Source: Rhodosorus marinus CCMP1338 (lineage: Eukaryota > Plantae > Rhodophyta). From it: DNA of 64,000 nt. The notes under the pieces were generated by a model. The model saw only the letters and a list, made by a program, of their open reading frames with translations, had not been told where the DNA came from and made no database searches. The position numbers and the translations under genes were made by a program. Location of the stretch: contig JAMWBK010000001.1 in NCBI GenBank assembly GCA_029953675.1, positions 2,604,001-2,668,000 on the forward strand. Reading direction: 5' to 3'. Numbering within the stretch: the stretch's first letter is position 1; each line of letters opens with the position of its first letter. Shown here in pieces: positions 1 through 11,649 of the stretch.

Positions 1-8
1 GCACCACG

Positions 9-1218
9 GTGGATGGGTTGGGTTCTTCCAGTGTGGGGAAATCGAGCCCTGAGTCACGGACGGGGAGGACAGACACCGTCGATGGTTCGGACCCGCCTGC
101 ATCTCTTTCTGAAAGACTTGGAGCTCGACAGCCGCACCTATCAATACCAGAAATATCCTCAAGGAAGTTGGCGGATGACCGAAATGGAGAAGACTCTCTG
201 TACTTCTCTACCCTGACTCCGGAGCACCCGCAGGACCAGCTAAGCTTGCAAGTGGGCGGAGACCACACCAAGAGCCAGGAAGAAGTTGCGATGTTAAACG
301 GTAGGAGAGGTAGGAAACGATCGGCGGAGGAGGTTAGTAGGGAGCAGTCGAACATCCTCGGGGTGGATAAGGACAAGCAAGATCAGAGGAAACACCTTGA
401 GTGGGGCCCGTCCGGAAGCATAAAGCCACTGAGTTCGGGACCGACGGTGGATACATTTCAGTCGGCATTTCGACGACAGGGGCTGTCAGGGCTAGGCAGG
501 CTTCCCCAGCCACAGCTAGAAGAGCAGGCCACTGAGGACAAGGATGGGAAGGGTGGTCGCCTCCCGCTTTCTCAAATTTTCCACACGCAGAGCCTAGCAG
601 ATGAGTCCAAGGTGAGGCATTCAGACCAGAGCTTCGTTTACTGGTCACCTCTCCTTTCCACACCCAATTGGTTCTAAATCTTTCAGTTCGAAATTGGCTT
701 GTTTTGCTCAGGGCAAAGGCAGGCCTGTGGAAGCAACACCGGAATCAGACCTGTCACGGCGCTCAGTGAACGGCATCCATGGAAAGTACGCTCTACCCGC
801 GGGTCGTGCGGAGCCGGTGCTGAGAGGGAATATTCTGTCGTCGGCCAGACTCCACTCTGGAGGCGGCGGTGGTTTCGGATCGTATGGATCATCCATGTCC
901 GCTCAGTATTCGCTGAAACTCGCACAAGTCATGAACAGTCTTGGGCCGGGATCTGGTCAGTCGCAGCCTCCGATTCTAGGCGGGATCCATGCGTCATCAG
1001 GAGCGGAGATTGCGTCCAACCCTCTTGGAGCAGAAGCTCCCCCGATTATGGATGTAGGGGCAGGAATTGCTCCGGAGGCGATTCATAATGATATCGCGGC
1101 ACAGCCAATGTCGGATCTCACCCAGGTTCCTCCCGACCAGAAGTGGCTTCACCTCTTGGATGGAACGAGTGATGCGGGTACAGGCCCAGCTTATTCTAGT
1201 GTAGGTTGGCTCCTATGA
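9..1218 (+). CDS. Two consecutive low-complexity ORFs (9-677, 694-1218); unassigned, possibly the 3' part of a gene or element starting upstream of the window
   Basis: 222- and 174-aa S/G/P-rich ORFs in the track, with a basic patch GRRGRKRS; no recognisable domain. Confidence 0.2.
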
Positions 1219-1925
1219 AGAGAGGGGAGGGAGATCCTTGCCGCCCCCTCCCCAGGGTGGAGAAACAACCGCTAAAGGTATCTGCACGTGCTGCAGAGTT
1301 GTGTATTTTTTTTAATATTGGTAGTTCCGTTTGGAGCCTTTGACCGATTGCCGTGCCAGGAGCGCTGTGCTTTGGGCAGCTCCTTCATTTGGTCTTGCAT
1401 CGCAGATGTATAGAAGTGTTTCCCTGAAACCTTGCTGCAAATAAATTGGAAAGGAAGCTTGATCAATCTTCACAATAGTGTTCACAACGGCGTACTAACC
1501 AGTCGAGAGCGGTGCCACTAGCTACAAAACTGTGACTACAGCTGCGAAAATAACAAAAACTTTTCATCTCTTTACATTATTTACAGAAAGTTCGCCTGAT
1601 GATGAAACACAAATGTAGCCAATCTGTTAATGTTATATATATAATCAGTCGCACACTAGTTGGTGTCTCACGAGTCAACGCCTGTGATCAGATTCATGCA
1701 GCTGGTACTGCCACTTGCGAGCGGTTTGGTATGGTGTAGCACATCCGTTGGCCGTGCATTCCCGAGTCTTAATCCGCTGTCAAGCGCAAGAGTGCCCAGC
1801 TCAGGACGTCGCTCCTACAACGCAAATGGTCCTCAATCAGAAAGCTGTCCGCTTCACGCAAGTAGTACCGCTCGACTGTTCCCCTAGCTGTCCAGTATGC
1901 CAGTGCGAGCTATTGCCGCGACCTC

Positions 1926-4440
1926 TTACTCCGTTTTAGCTTCCAGCAATTTCCTCTGTCGCTTTCTCGTTCGGAGCTCCTCGTCCTGCACCACGTGACT
2001 GACAACGGACTGGACTTCTCTGTATCTCAGATCTTCTCTTGTCGGCGGTTTGCCGAGCTCAATGTGGTTTGCACGTTCTAGCAGGTGAAATCGACCTATT
2101 CCGGCGTCGGCACTTCCCGGAGGCACTAAAAAGGTCTTGTATTTACGTTTCCCGACGGAAGCCACTGCTGTCTCCACCCCTTCCGCAAAGCTCACCACTT
2201 CAACCGCCGGCTCTCTCTCAGTTGCAAATTTCTGCGAAACAAACAAACGATGCCCGCTGGGACACCCCGATAAGCATGGCGCGTCGCACTTCAAGCAATC
2301 AACAAAATGGCCAATTGCGGAACCTACCACAAAACCTTCGTCAAGTGCATCCAGGACCTTGGAGCCCGGCATAAGTTCCGAAACAGAGGGAGAAGGTCGA
2401 AACGCGCTATCCATAAACTTTCCAGCTGCCTTTCCCGCAAAAGGTGAACCCTTATGCGGTGTTCCGAAGAACACTGTGCCGCGAACCTGAGAGGCAATGT
2501 GGTCCCAATCACCTCCCACCGGAGTGCCCTTTTTCTCCTGCGCACTTCCGTTAGGTTTGCTGATTATCTCTTTCACGATCATTCCTCCATATGAGTGGCT
2601 GACAAAGACGATGGGGCGATCTCCGACGCCGGCCTGAGAAATAGATGTTATACGAGCATGACACAGTTGGCCTCTTAGGTACAAGAGAAAATTTCGCAGT
2701 GGACCCGCAAAGGCCGAGCTAAAGGCGGTATCTGCGAGCGGACAACTACGAACCTGTCTGAGAAGATTCACCGCCCTCTCGGCCTGACTTTCTAGGGACA
2801 TGCTTTTCCCCTTCCACTTGGTAAATCGCGCGTCAAATTCAACAGAGAGGATCCTTGCCCGTGGAAAATCTTTTGCCAGCCAATCCCTTGGCCAAATCGT
2901 TATATTGGAGTCCATTGGATCAAATTCGAGCTGCGTCCTCCACGTGAGAATGGGGTTGCCCCCAAGGCCATGGAAGAAAACAATATCTACTGGCGCTGTC
3001 TCATCCTCAACACAAGAAATACACGATTTCAGGACACTTCTGATTCATACAATCGCAATCCATACAATCGGTGCGCCTCTCACCTCTTCCGGTGCGTTCA
3101 GTATGGTCACGCCGTCGGGATAGACGTAGTTTCCTCTTCGAAACAAGTTGTGCCTCGCTCGAATCGCTTCAGCTTGCAGCCGCCGTCCAAACGGACCCTC
3201 ATCGTGTTTGAGCTCCTCAATCAGAGCAGGCCAACCAGAATCCCGTGCTTCAGCTCTGCCGCTCTCTTCGACGGTCAGGTTTGCTACAGCCCTTACGATT
3301 TCCGCTTTATCCGCTGGGTCCAAATCTCGATTCCATAGTTGCATCAAAGCCTCAAATGCGCCTTGTTGCCAGAAAGGAAAGGATAAAAAAAAAGCGTCAG
3401 CGACGTACTCGACATGCAGTAGCCTAAGCAGACCGGAAACGCCGTGGAAACGCACCTGCTTCTACAAGCTCATTTACTGTTTTTGGGCCACGGGAAGATG
3501 CATTTGCAATAATCGCACACTCCCTGACACCCTCGTGTTCGATGTCGAATTCCTCCTGATGGGCCGACCCTTTAACCGGTAGCAAGATACCATCAAGTTC
3601 GAACATTTGTCCCACGTGCCTGGTCATCTTGTCCGAATGAACTTTCCCGGCAATCTCAAGAGACAGTTTGGTTACTCTCTTAACCACGTCGCCGTCGCAG
3701 TTGTCCGCAATACCTTGCAACTGTTCGCATGAATTCATTCGCGCACAAAGCGCCGAGCCCATCAATCAGAAGGAGATTTTCGCTTTCGTAACGCGTATGC
3801 GTAACTAAAATCTAGAGGAGAGACGACGAATCTTTTCAAGTGGATCATACTTTTTCAAGTTTTCTTTCTCGCAGCGTCTTCCACATACTGTTCAGTCCCT
3901 TACCCATTTCAGAAATCCGTTCCGCTTGAACAACACCACTACTCAACCAATCCAAAACCTTCGCCTGGGAGCGAAATATGTTCGCAGCCTCTGTATAGTC
4001 CGCATTATCTTGCAGCTGTTTCGCACAGAAATCATGCGCACACAAAGCGTCAAGCCCATCAATCAGAAGGAGCTTTTCACTTTCGCAGGCGCGTACATGT
4101 AACTAAAAATCTAGGGGAGAGATAAATCGTTTCAAGTGGATCATACCTTTTCAAGTTCTCTTTCTTGCAGCGAATTCCACGTAGTGTCCACTCCTTTGCC
4201 CATTTCAGAAATCCTTTCCGCTTGAACAACGCCACCACTCAACCAATCCAAAACCTTCGCCGGCGAGCGAAATATGGTCGCAGCCTCCGTGCTCACCGGC
4301 TTAGACGCCTCTACCTTGCCCCAGTCCGCTCGCCGGTGCAGCACACCCAACATCAACCGATGGTCGTCTGCTCCATCAAACAAAATAAAGGTAGAGACAC
4401 AAGAGGCCGCTACCATAACCGCCCCTCGTCCTCCTGGCAT
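1926..4440 (-). CDS. SERAC1: SERAC1-like alpha/beta-hydrolase with N-terminal hydrophobic segment and ARM-like repeats (multi-exon)
   Basis: Exon ~2900-3010 reads VDIVFFHGLGG..TWR; then WPRDWLAKDFPRARILSV, the nucleophile motif VSHSYGG and FFGTPHKGS; ARM-like AEIVRAVANL at 3045-3455; GT-AG introns. Confidence 0.85.
3700..4290 (-). repeat. Tandem ~297-bp duplication of an exon end plus the following intron inside SERAC1
   Basis: 3761-4056 and 4057-4290 are homologous; both encode EAA.IFRS.AKVLDWLS.GVVQAERISEMGKG and are followed by a GTATGATCCACTTGAAA intron start. Confidence 0.9.
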
Positions 4441-4585
4441 CGCCTCAAAACACAAAAAAAAAACACAACCTTCACAACACGATAAAATCCTCTTCAACTC
4501 TCTCTCACTACCCTCCTCATAGCCATCCAAACCCCAACCTCCCCTCCCCCTTAATAATCCAAAATCTCCACCTTAAGTACTCATC

Positions 4586-4610
4586 TCTCTCTCTCTCTCT
4601 CTTTCTCTCT
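4586..4610. repeat. (CT)n microsatellite upstream of SERAC1
   Basis: ctctctctctctctctctttctctct read directly. Confidence 0.85.
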
Positions 4611-5048
4611 TCGTCGTCATTCAGACCATCCGCAGCAAAATCTCATCGCAAAGAAAGAAACACTGTTTCCCGTCAGCGTCAGTTGACATGAAACTCTCTT
4701 CACCTCCCCAAGTATTTGCCAACCGGCGTTTCACATCATCCATTTATGGACCCTTTTTTTTGGCCTGTTTTTTTTTTTTTTGGCGTAGGGCGCGTGAAGG
4801 GTTCCCGTTCCATCCCCCTCAAAAAAAAACTGGTAAACTGGTTTCCATGTCTCACATTCAGTGGGATTGGGTTTGGCCACGTTCTCCCACACAACCTGAC
4901 GGAGCCAAATCTGGGCATTTTTAGTACGAACAGCCAAAACTGGAGTATGACAGGACAGATTAGGTAAGCTTGGGATGGGGCATGCCCCCATTTGCCCCAG
5001 TTGAAAATTGCTAATATATCGAAGGTTTCGATGCCTCACCTGTTAGTC

Positions 5049-5366
5049 AATATGAGACGTGGCAAAGAGTTGAAATATGCTTGGGGGCCTCGTCTTGCGT
5101 GGGAATTGGTGCTTCAGCTCTAGCTCATCGCCTGGTACCTCTGGTCACTGAGCGCTTTGGGTTTATGGATTCCGTTGGTTGACGTTGGCTTCGGGAATTG
5201 TTCCGCGAACGCCCTGGTCGTCGGTCCTCGTTGTTTACCCGTTTTAAGCTTCTTGCTTTGGCGTATGAACGCTGCTTTGATGTTGGAGGAACACGATCTT
5301 CGCCGCGCTTAGCCTGTTCCTTTCCCTCGTGGCTTTTTTCTTTCAGCCTCCTATTAAACTAAATCA
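5049..5366 (+). mobile_element. CRE-like non-LTR retrotransposon family B, 5'-truncated 3' fragment (RLE C-terminus, frameshifted)
   Basis: NMRRGKELKY...LVPLVTERFGFMDSVG*RWLRELF, then LSFLLWRMNAALML in a shifted frame; ends cagcctcctattaaac. Confidence 0.8.
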
Positions 5367-5451
5367 CTCGCTTGTTGGTCTTTACCCTACAGCGCAGCGC
5401 AAATGCCTTCGTCAATTTGTGCTGTGGGGGTTTGGTTGGTTTGGGATTGTC

Positions 5452-5733
5452 ATGAACGAATTTGTTTAATCGGAGACTGGAAGAAAAAAACCCGAGAGGC
5501 AAAAACAAGACTCAGCGCGCGGCGAAGATATCGCGCCTCCAACATCAAAGCAGCGTTCATACGCCAAAGCAAGAAGCTTAAAGCGGGTAAACAACGAGGA
5601 CAGACGGTCAGGGCCTTCGCGGAACAATTCCCGAAGCCACCGAGTACCAACCGAATCCATGAACCCAAAGCACTCAGTGACCTTAGGTACCAGGCGATGG
5701 GTTAGAGCCGACGCACATGAATGCCTGGGGAAG
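5452..5733 (-). mobile_element. CRE-like family B 3' fragment, tail-to-tail with the 5049-5366 copy
   Basis: Minus strand reads LVPKVTECFGFMDSVGTRWLRELF / LSFLLWRMNAALMLEARYL; ends ccgattaaacaaattcgttca. Confidence 0.8.
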
Positions 5734-5766
5734 TTTTTTTTCAGCCTCCGATTAAACCATTCGTTC
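5734..5766 (+). mobile_element. Very short family B 3' terminus fused head-to-head to the 5452-5733 copy
   Basis: ttttttttcagcctccgattaaaccattcgttc matches the family B 3' end. Confidence 0.65.
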
Positions 5767-6695
5767 TTCGGGAAGGTAAAGGAGGTCTATCGTAGAGCGT
5801 CCGATAAATATGTCGACTCAGATAGATTAATGCAAAACAATAGACAATTCGTGTTTGTATTCTAGTAAAAAAACATATCTGATGGCGTGTCCGATAAAAA
5901 ACGGACATGCCATCAATCAATATTTATCTAATAACCAATCACCTCCGATCTAGATATTTAATATTGATTATTTTTGAAATAGACAGGCTGTCATAACATT
6001 GTTTGGGTTGACTTGTTCGGTCAGGACGTACCAAAGGTAGCCGAGAACTCTTGGAGTGGCCCAGGTGCACACCGAGGGGGAGTTTTCTCATGTGCTCTGG
6101 CGGCGTGAGCACTTTGGGGATGGACTGGATGGTTGGTCATGTTTTCAGTGCCTTCTTAGTTTAGCCCTGTGGCGGAGTTTAACCGCCGTTATTCTCGAAG
6201 CGAGTTCTTTGTGCGGTTCGTATCCCCTGGACCTCCTTCATCGACACGCCAGAAGCCACACGATATCCTGCAAGTGCGAGAAGCAAAGAAGAGGCGATCG
6301 ACTCAGGCCAAATCGATAGGTCAGAAACCCTTGGATATTTCGAAGAACTCAATCCCTCTGCTCATGTTCCTTTGCTGTTTTGCTCATACGTTCAAACTCC
6401 CCTCACAAGATAGTTGGCCATGCCTTCTCTCCTGTTTCTGGTCCTTGCCCTGTTCCTTACGCCATGGCAACTCGGATTTTACAACCACCTATTCCTAGCA
6501 TGTCGATAACCTGCGCCTTCGTGTGAGTGACTGGCCAAGCGAAAGTCCGAAGGGGTCACAACAGCGATCGACTATGCAGGGCACAGGGTCCCAAAGAAGG
6601 AGATTGATATCCAATCAAATTTTGGTTGATTGAGGAATATCGGATGGCAATCAGTCGTTATCGGATCATTTATCCGGCGAATTTTCTCTTTTCTA

Positions 6696-7190
6696 TTGAA
6701 TGAATTTATTTAATCGGAGGCTGAAAGGAAAAAATCCAGAGGGAAAAAAAGACCAGGTGCGGCGAAGATCGCGCGCCTCCAACATCAAAGCAGCGTTCAT
6801 ACGCCACAGCAAGAAACATAAACGGCCTAAACAACGAGAGCAGACGGTCAGGGTGTTCGCGGAACAATTCCCGAAGCCGACGAGAACCAACGGAATCCAT
6901 AAACCCAAAGAACTCAATGACCCGAGGGACCAGGTGATGAGCTAGAGCCGAAGCACGGATGCCTGGGGAAGACAAGGCCCACGCATCATATTTCAACTCT
7001 TTGCGACGTCTCATATTGGCAGTGGATTTGCCATATTAGGTACAGCAAGATCAACGTACGTCGTACGGCGGCTACCGTCACAGGTGACCACGAGGTCAGC
7101 CACGCGGCGCTCATCATTCTGGTAGTCTGCGACAGGCAGGGGCTTCTCAAGTTCAATTTCAGGACCGGCTTGCCGTACCTCCGTTTGTGA
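6696..7190 (-). mobile_element. CRE-like family B 3' fragment including the RLE catalytic motifs
   Basis: RRVADLVVT..YVDLAVP (7011-7220), then NMRRRKELKY..LVPRVIEFFGFMDSVG (6706-7014); tail ccgattaaataaattcattca. Confidence 0.85.
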
Positions 7191-7264
7191 CCAAAGACAA
7201 CAAAAAAGAGGAGAAAACAAAACAACCTCGAAAGAGAAATTTGTCTCACGGGTTTCCCCTCTTC

Positions 7265-7418
7265 AAGGTGTCTTTCGGAAAAACCCAGGGTGTCTTGTTA
7301 GCCTCCTCATGGAGCTGTCCTTGACCCTCTGGCGTTCCAACGCAGCTTTATTGTTGGACGCGCGGCATCAGCATCTTGTTCCTCGCATCTCAGGGTAGTT
7401 TGGCTCTGAATAAACGGA
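7265..7418 (+). mobile_element. CRE-like family A, 5'-truncated 3' end
   Basis: ELSLTLWRSNAALLLDARHQ..* followed by ctctgaataaacggatca, matching the 3' end at ~46040-46067. Confidence 0.85.
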
Positions 7419-8182
7419 TCAAAGAAGTGTACCTTGAGGCAACTTTTTCATGAATATACAAAGTAAATTTTCCCCGGGGCATACACCATTTGAGGCAGGC
7501 CCAAAAATCTCGCCTCGAAGTGAAGCATCACTGGTCAAGTTTTATCATTATCTGATTGGGGCACGTTCGCCCGATAAGGCATGCCCCATTACACCATTCC
7601 GCCGGGTCCACCTTAGATTAGGGAACAACTCAATATTTATCCAAACTTAGTGTCAGCAAGATATCATCTATGTATATATATTTTTTGGCCCTTTCGAGGA
7701 GACCGAATAAGATCCTTATGTTTGACATAAACGAGCAAAAATTAAAAAACAACAAGAACAAGTGAGCCAAAAGAAACTCAAGAAAAACAATAAATGTCGA
7801 TGAATTCCATTCGTTGCTTTTTCGTTTCAGATTTAGAGCCAATTAAGCGAAATGATGACAGTACATACGATATTTATTGACTCGAACCATATTTTCTGCA
7901 AAGCATTAGCATAATGAAGAAATATTTAGGACATATTTATGTGCTAGAAAGTCCCCTAGTCATCTTTATATGTTCGAAATACGATCATTCTCCGAGGACC
8001 AATCAGTATCGATTGGAGATACCAAACCAGACCGCTGGAAGGCGCCTAGTTTAGGAGGAATACATAAATAAGATAAACTTGCCCTAGACCTCGTCGAAAT
8101 AGCCCTTGAATATGGCTAAGTTTGACATTGGAAATTCGTCATTTCCTAAGGGAAATGACGAATCACTTGTCCGACTCCTTCC

Positions 8183-8816
8183 TTGCGAGCCGTTGTGATT
8201 ATTGCAGTCGCCGTATTCGACCCCGCGAGTAACGTTGGGCACTGGATGTCCCCTCGTCCGGGAAATACGCTGCTACATCCCCAAAAACTTAGAGACTATT
8301 TATTGAACGGTCATATGCCCTGTGCCGAGTACCTATCTCCCCTTGCCGCTCTTCGCCCAGGGGCAGCAGCTTCTGTGCTTCGCCGTCTGAAGGGACGACA
8401 GTATACTAAGAGCATGGCCCAGTCTCCCTTGGGCAGAGGCCCGTTCTCACAGGTTCCAGCCTGTCATTGTGGAGAGCTTAGGACATCTAGAAAAGTCCCG
8501 CTTGGAGTGGCATCGGAAATGTTGCGCACTGCACTGCTCAGTAGCGAAGGCAACGGTACGTGGTTTGGCTAGTACGCCGCTAGTATATTGCCAAAAAGCT
8601 CGACTGATACGAGATATTGGGCAGGATGCCAGTAAAGGATTTGGTAGTTGGTCTGCGAACGCCCTGACCGTCTCTCCTCGTTGTTTACCTATGTAAGTTT
8701 GCTACTGTGGGGTCTGAAAGCTGCTTTGATGTTGGAGACACGCTATCTTCACCGCGCATAGTCTTTTATCCCCCGCGGGGTTTTTCTTTCAGTCTCCGAC
8801 TAAACTAATTCATTCA
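8183..8816 (+). mobile_element. CRE-like family B fragment with remnants of the CCHC knuckle and RLE C-terminus
   Basis: VPACHCG...ALHCS remnant; ERPDRLSSLFTYVSLLLWGLKAALMLETRYLHRA* in one frame; tail actaaactaattcattca. Confidence 0.7.
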
Positions 8817-9299
8817 ATGAGCGAAACAATCTGATTTCTCGAGGATCCCTCCGCTCCATACGCTCCAGGAGTAATGGTATTGCGGAGAGGGCAGTCAGAA
8901 CAGCGACTGAGACGCTTCGAGCTTGCGTCCTGGCGAGCGCCCTACCAAGATCCTTCTGGCCCGAAGCACTACCGACAGTAGAGAAGGCCCGGAACATGAC
9001 TCCGCGTAAGTCAATAATGTGGAAGACACCACTCGAGCTCGTAAACGAAGAAGACCCGGGAGATAAGGGGGATGAGGGTTTTTAGGTGTCACGTCGAATA
9101 CAAGTGAGCGGAAGCTGCCAAGCTAGCTAAACTAGACTCAAGGACAGACAGCGGCATCCTTAGGCATGTGAGCGAGTCCAATTTCGCCAGAATATGCAGA
9201 CCCGCCCGGAAGGATTTCATACACATTCGACATTTGAGCACGAACGAGGACCGATACCCAGCGAAAGACGTCGACCTTGTTTTGAAGAATGAGCCTCAC

Positions 9300-10538
9300 A
9301 AAATGTACATGGTAGAACCATTGACGTGCATCTAACGTCCAAGGGAGACTCAATGTACGAGGTTGAAATTTCGAAAAATTGGGAGGAGAGCGTACACCAA
9401 GACGCAGAAGACTGGAGGAGAGTTGTGGCGGAGGAGCTCGGCTCGCTACGAACAGACAACACGTAGATTCTCATTAACAGGTCAGAAGTACCGAGGCGGG
9501 GGGGGGGGGGAGAAATTCTTCAGTCGAGAATTGTGTTCCAACTGAAGCGACCCGTTTACGGTTCTGTTCAGCGTTTCAAAGAGAGAGTAGTTGCGAAGGG
9601 CTTTACGCAGAAGGAGGGCATCGACCACGAGGAGGTTTTCTCGTCAACTGTCGATTTCAGCAGTGTCAGAGCAGTCCTAACAATTGCTGCGACAGAGGAC
9701 CTTGGGATCGAACGGGCAGATGTGAAAACTGCTTACTGAATGGAGTTCTGCAAGAGGAACTATAGACAATGCAGCGCCAGCGACTGGAGTAACCTGGTAG
9801 AAACTGTGGTATGTGAAGAGAAAAAAATATATATAGCTTAACATTAGTACGAGCAAGTACGAGGACTCGTTCGGGATCTTGCCTACGCTGTGGGACAGCT
9901 GGCGAGGAAGATGAGTAATCATTGGGCGGGTGACTACGACAAGGCGAAAAGAGGAGTGCGATACCTGCAAGGAACGCTCAACTATTCCGGGCGATATCTC
10001 AGGAACTGGTCGCATAGCAGAATCTGTTAATATATAAGAATCTGGTCACGCCTACCAGATAATCGGATACAGCGATTCCGACGGGGCGGCTGATCGGCAG
10101 AGCAGACGGAGCACCAGTGGTATGCTGATAACCTTGAACGGTTCTGCGGTGAGTTACAGGTCATGGCGGCAACGTTCTGTAGCCCAATCAACCACAGAGG
10201 CAGAGTACCAGGCCCTGGGGGGTATGATGTCGGTGCAACGGTGGCCGCGAGAGCTCATGTTGGAGTTGGGCAGAAGCATTGAACGTCCCAATTTTGGCCT
10301 AGTCGGACAACAACTCCTACATATCTTGGGCAGGAGGTACGAGCAACAAAATTTGGAGACATATCTCACTGAAGCTTCATTATTCGAAAGAACGATGTGC
10401 GTCGGGAGACAGGTCAAGTTGCACTACCTTGGGACGCAAGAAATTGTAGCTGACATCTTTACAAAACCTCTGGACCAAGTTCGTTTCGAAACACTCCGCG
10501 CCAAGTTACGGGTGTCCGGAATGAAATGTAGTTCATGA
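9300..10538 (+). mobile_element. Decayed Ty1/Copia LTR retrotransposon internal region (RT and RNase H)
   Basis: RFKERVVAKGFTQKEGIDHEEVFS..DVKTAY*; YSDSD.A.D..SRRSTSG; SVAQSTTEAEY; ADIFTKPL; stops and deletions present. Confidence 0.9.
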
Positions 10539-10551
10539 TCTCGAGCGGGAC

Positions 10552-10975
10552 TGTTGGCCGGGGAGGCCATTCCGGGTCATACCTAAGGGGCCTACTGCGG
10601 TAGTAAAACAACCACTGCGGTAGCAAAGCAGTATCGTAGATGGTTAGCAGATAACCGGTATCTAGTAACGTAGATTAAAGGACTCTCTACAAATTTTCGC
10701 CCTCCGACACCCAAAGGACTTCCAAAAGCAAGACCGCCTGATCTCACTTGTACCCAGAATTCGTTGCTTTACTCTTCGTCTACCTTCCCAAGTTCCGCGT
10801 AGAGCAAGCATATATAAATAGCCTGCCGCGCGACTCAAACATAGTCGCAGCTACGATTCAAACATACTCGTAGCTACCATTCAAACATAGTCAACGCCGA
10901 TGACTGTGCGACCAAACCGACAGTCGATCCGATCCTAAGCCTGGCTACCCCAAGGGTAAGCTTAAGATCCCGACA
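10552..10975 (+). mobile_element. 3' LTR of the Copia element (~424 bp)
   Basis: Follows purine-rich gagcggga just after the pol stop; starts TGTTGG and ends CCGACA (imperfect terminal inverted repeat); TATATAAAT at ~10810; internal ~23-bp tandem unit tcaaacatagtcgcagctacgat. Confidence 0.8.
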
Positions 10976-11129
10976 AGATGATTGTATCATGATTGAGCTG
11001 GATCCGGTCTGTCCTCATCGTACTGCGGTGGACGACCCGATCGAGTACTTGAAGAATTGTAGGTGCTCAGCCATGTCAGGGATCAAGAAAGAAGAGCAGC
11101 GGGGTACAGGTTCTGGGGATAAATTGGGG

Positions 11130-11360
11130 GAAGTCCAACTTGGGTGAACAGAAGTCTACCGTTGGAGCGAAGACTTCCTCGTAGTCCACACCTTGCCCCG
11201 TTGCACGAATCCTCCAGCGACGAGGCGTACTTTGAAACGCTGTACTGACCCGTAAAATATTTGGGCAATGCATCGCCGAAGGATAGGAAGACAAACGATT
11301 GGATAACTGAAAACAAACGGACCACTGAACATGCTTGCTACGTTGTATACTGTTTGCAGA
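11130..11360 (-). mobile_element. Second Copia RT fragment in opposite orientation
   Basis: YGSVQRFKVRLVAGGFVQ / GVDYEEVFAPTVDF across frameshifts. Confidence 0.8.
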
Positions 11361-11649
11361 ACCCACTTTTCATTGGCAGGACGCAAACGGCTATCACAAG
11401 GTCTAGTTCTGTGAACAATATCTAAACTAAGCATTCTATGCTCGTTCTTTTGGGAGGATTCTCTATTCTAAGACAGGCAATTCTAACATCCTCGAGAGCG
11501 AAACTCGGTGTCCTCTGAAGGACTTCTAGTAACCATATCCCCTTTCGCTCCCCTTCCGGATACTTGGAATCAACTTTATACGAAATCGAACGGCTCGTGA
11601 GAACATGGGATCTTGGGATCTTGTTTGTACTCTGAAAGTTCAGTTCAAA

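Noticed and set aside
1225-1253. Terminator-like hairpin ggggaggg...ccctcccc after ORF 694-1218
   Set aside because: An 8-bp low-complexity stem with no U-tract in a eukaryotic genome is expected by chance
5403-6945. + strand ORFs 5403-5705 and 6700-6945 (ASNIKAAFIR...) as a novel repeated small protein
   Set aside because: They are the antisense reading of CRE-like family B 3' ends; the opposite strand gives the RLE C-terminal motifs
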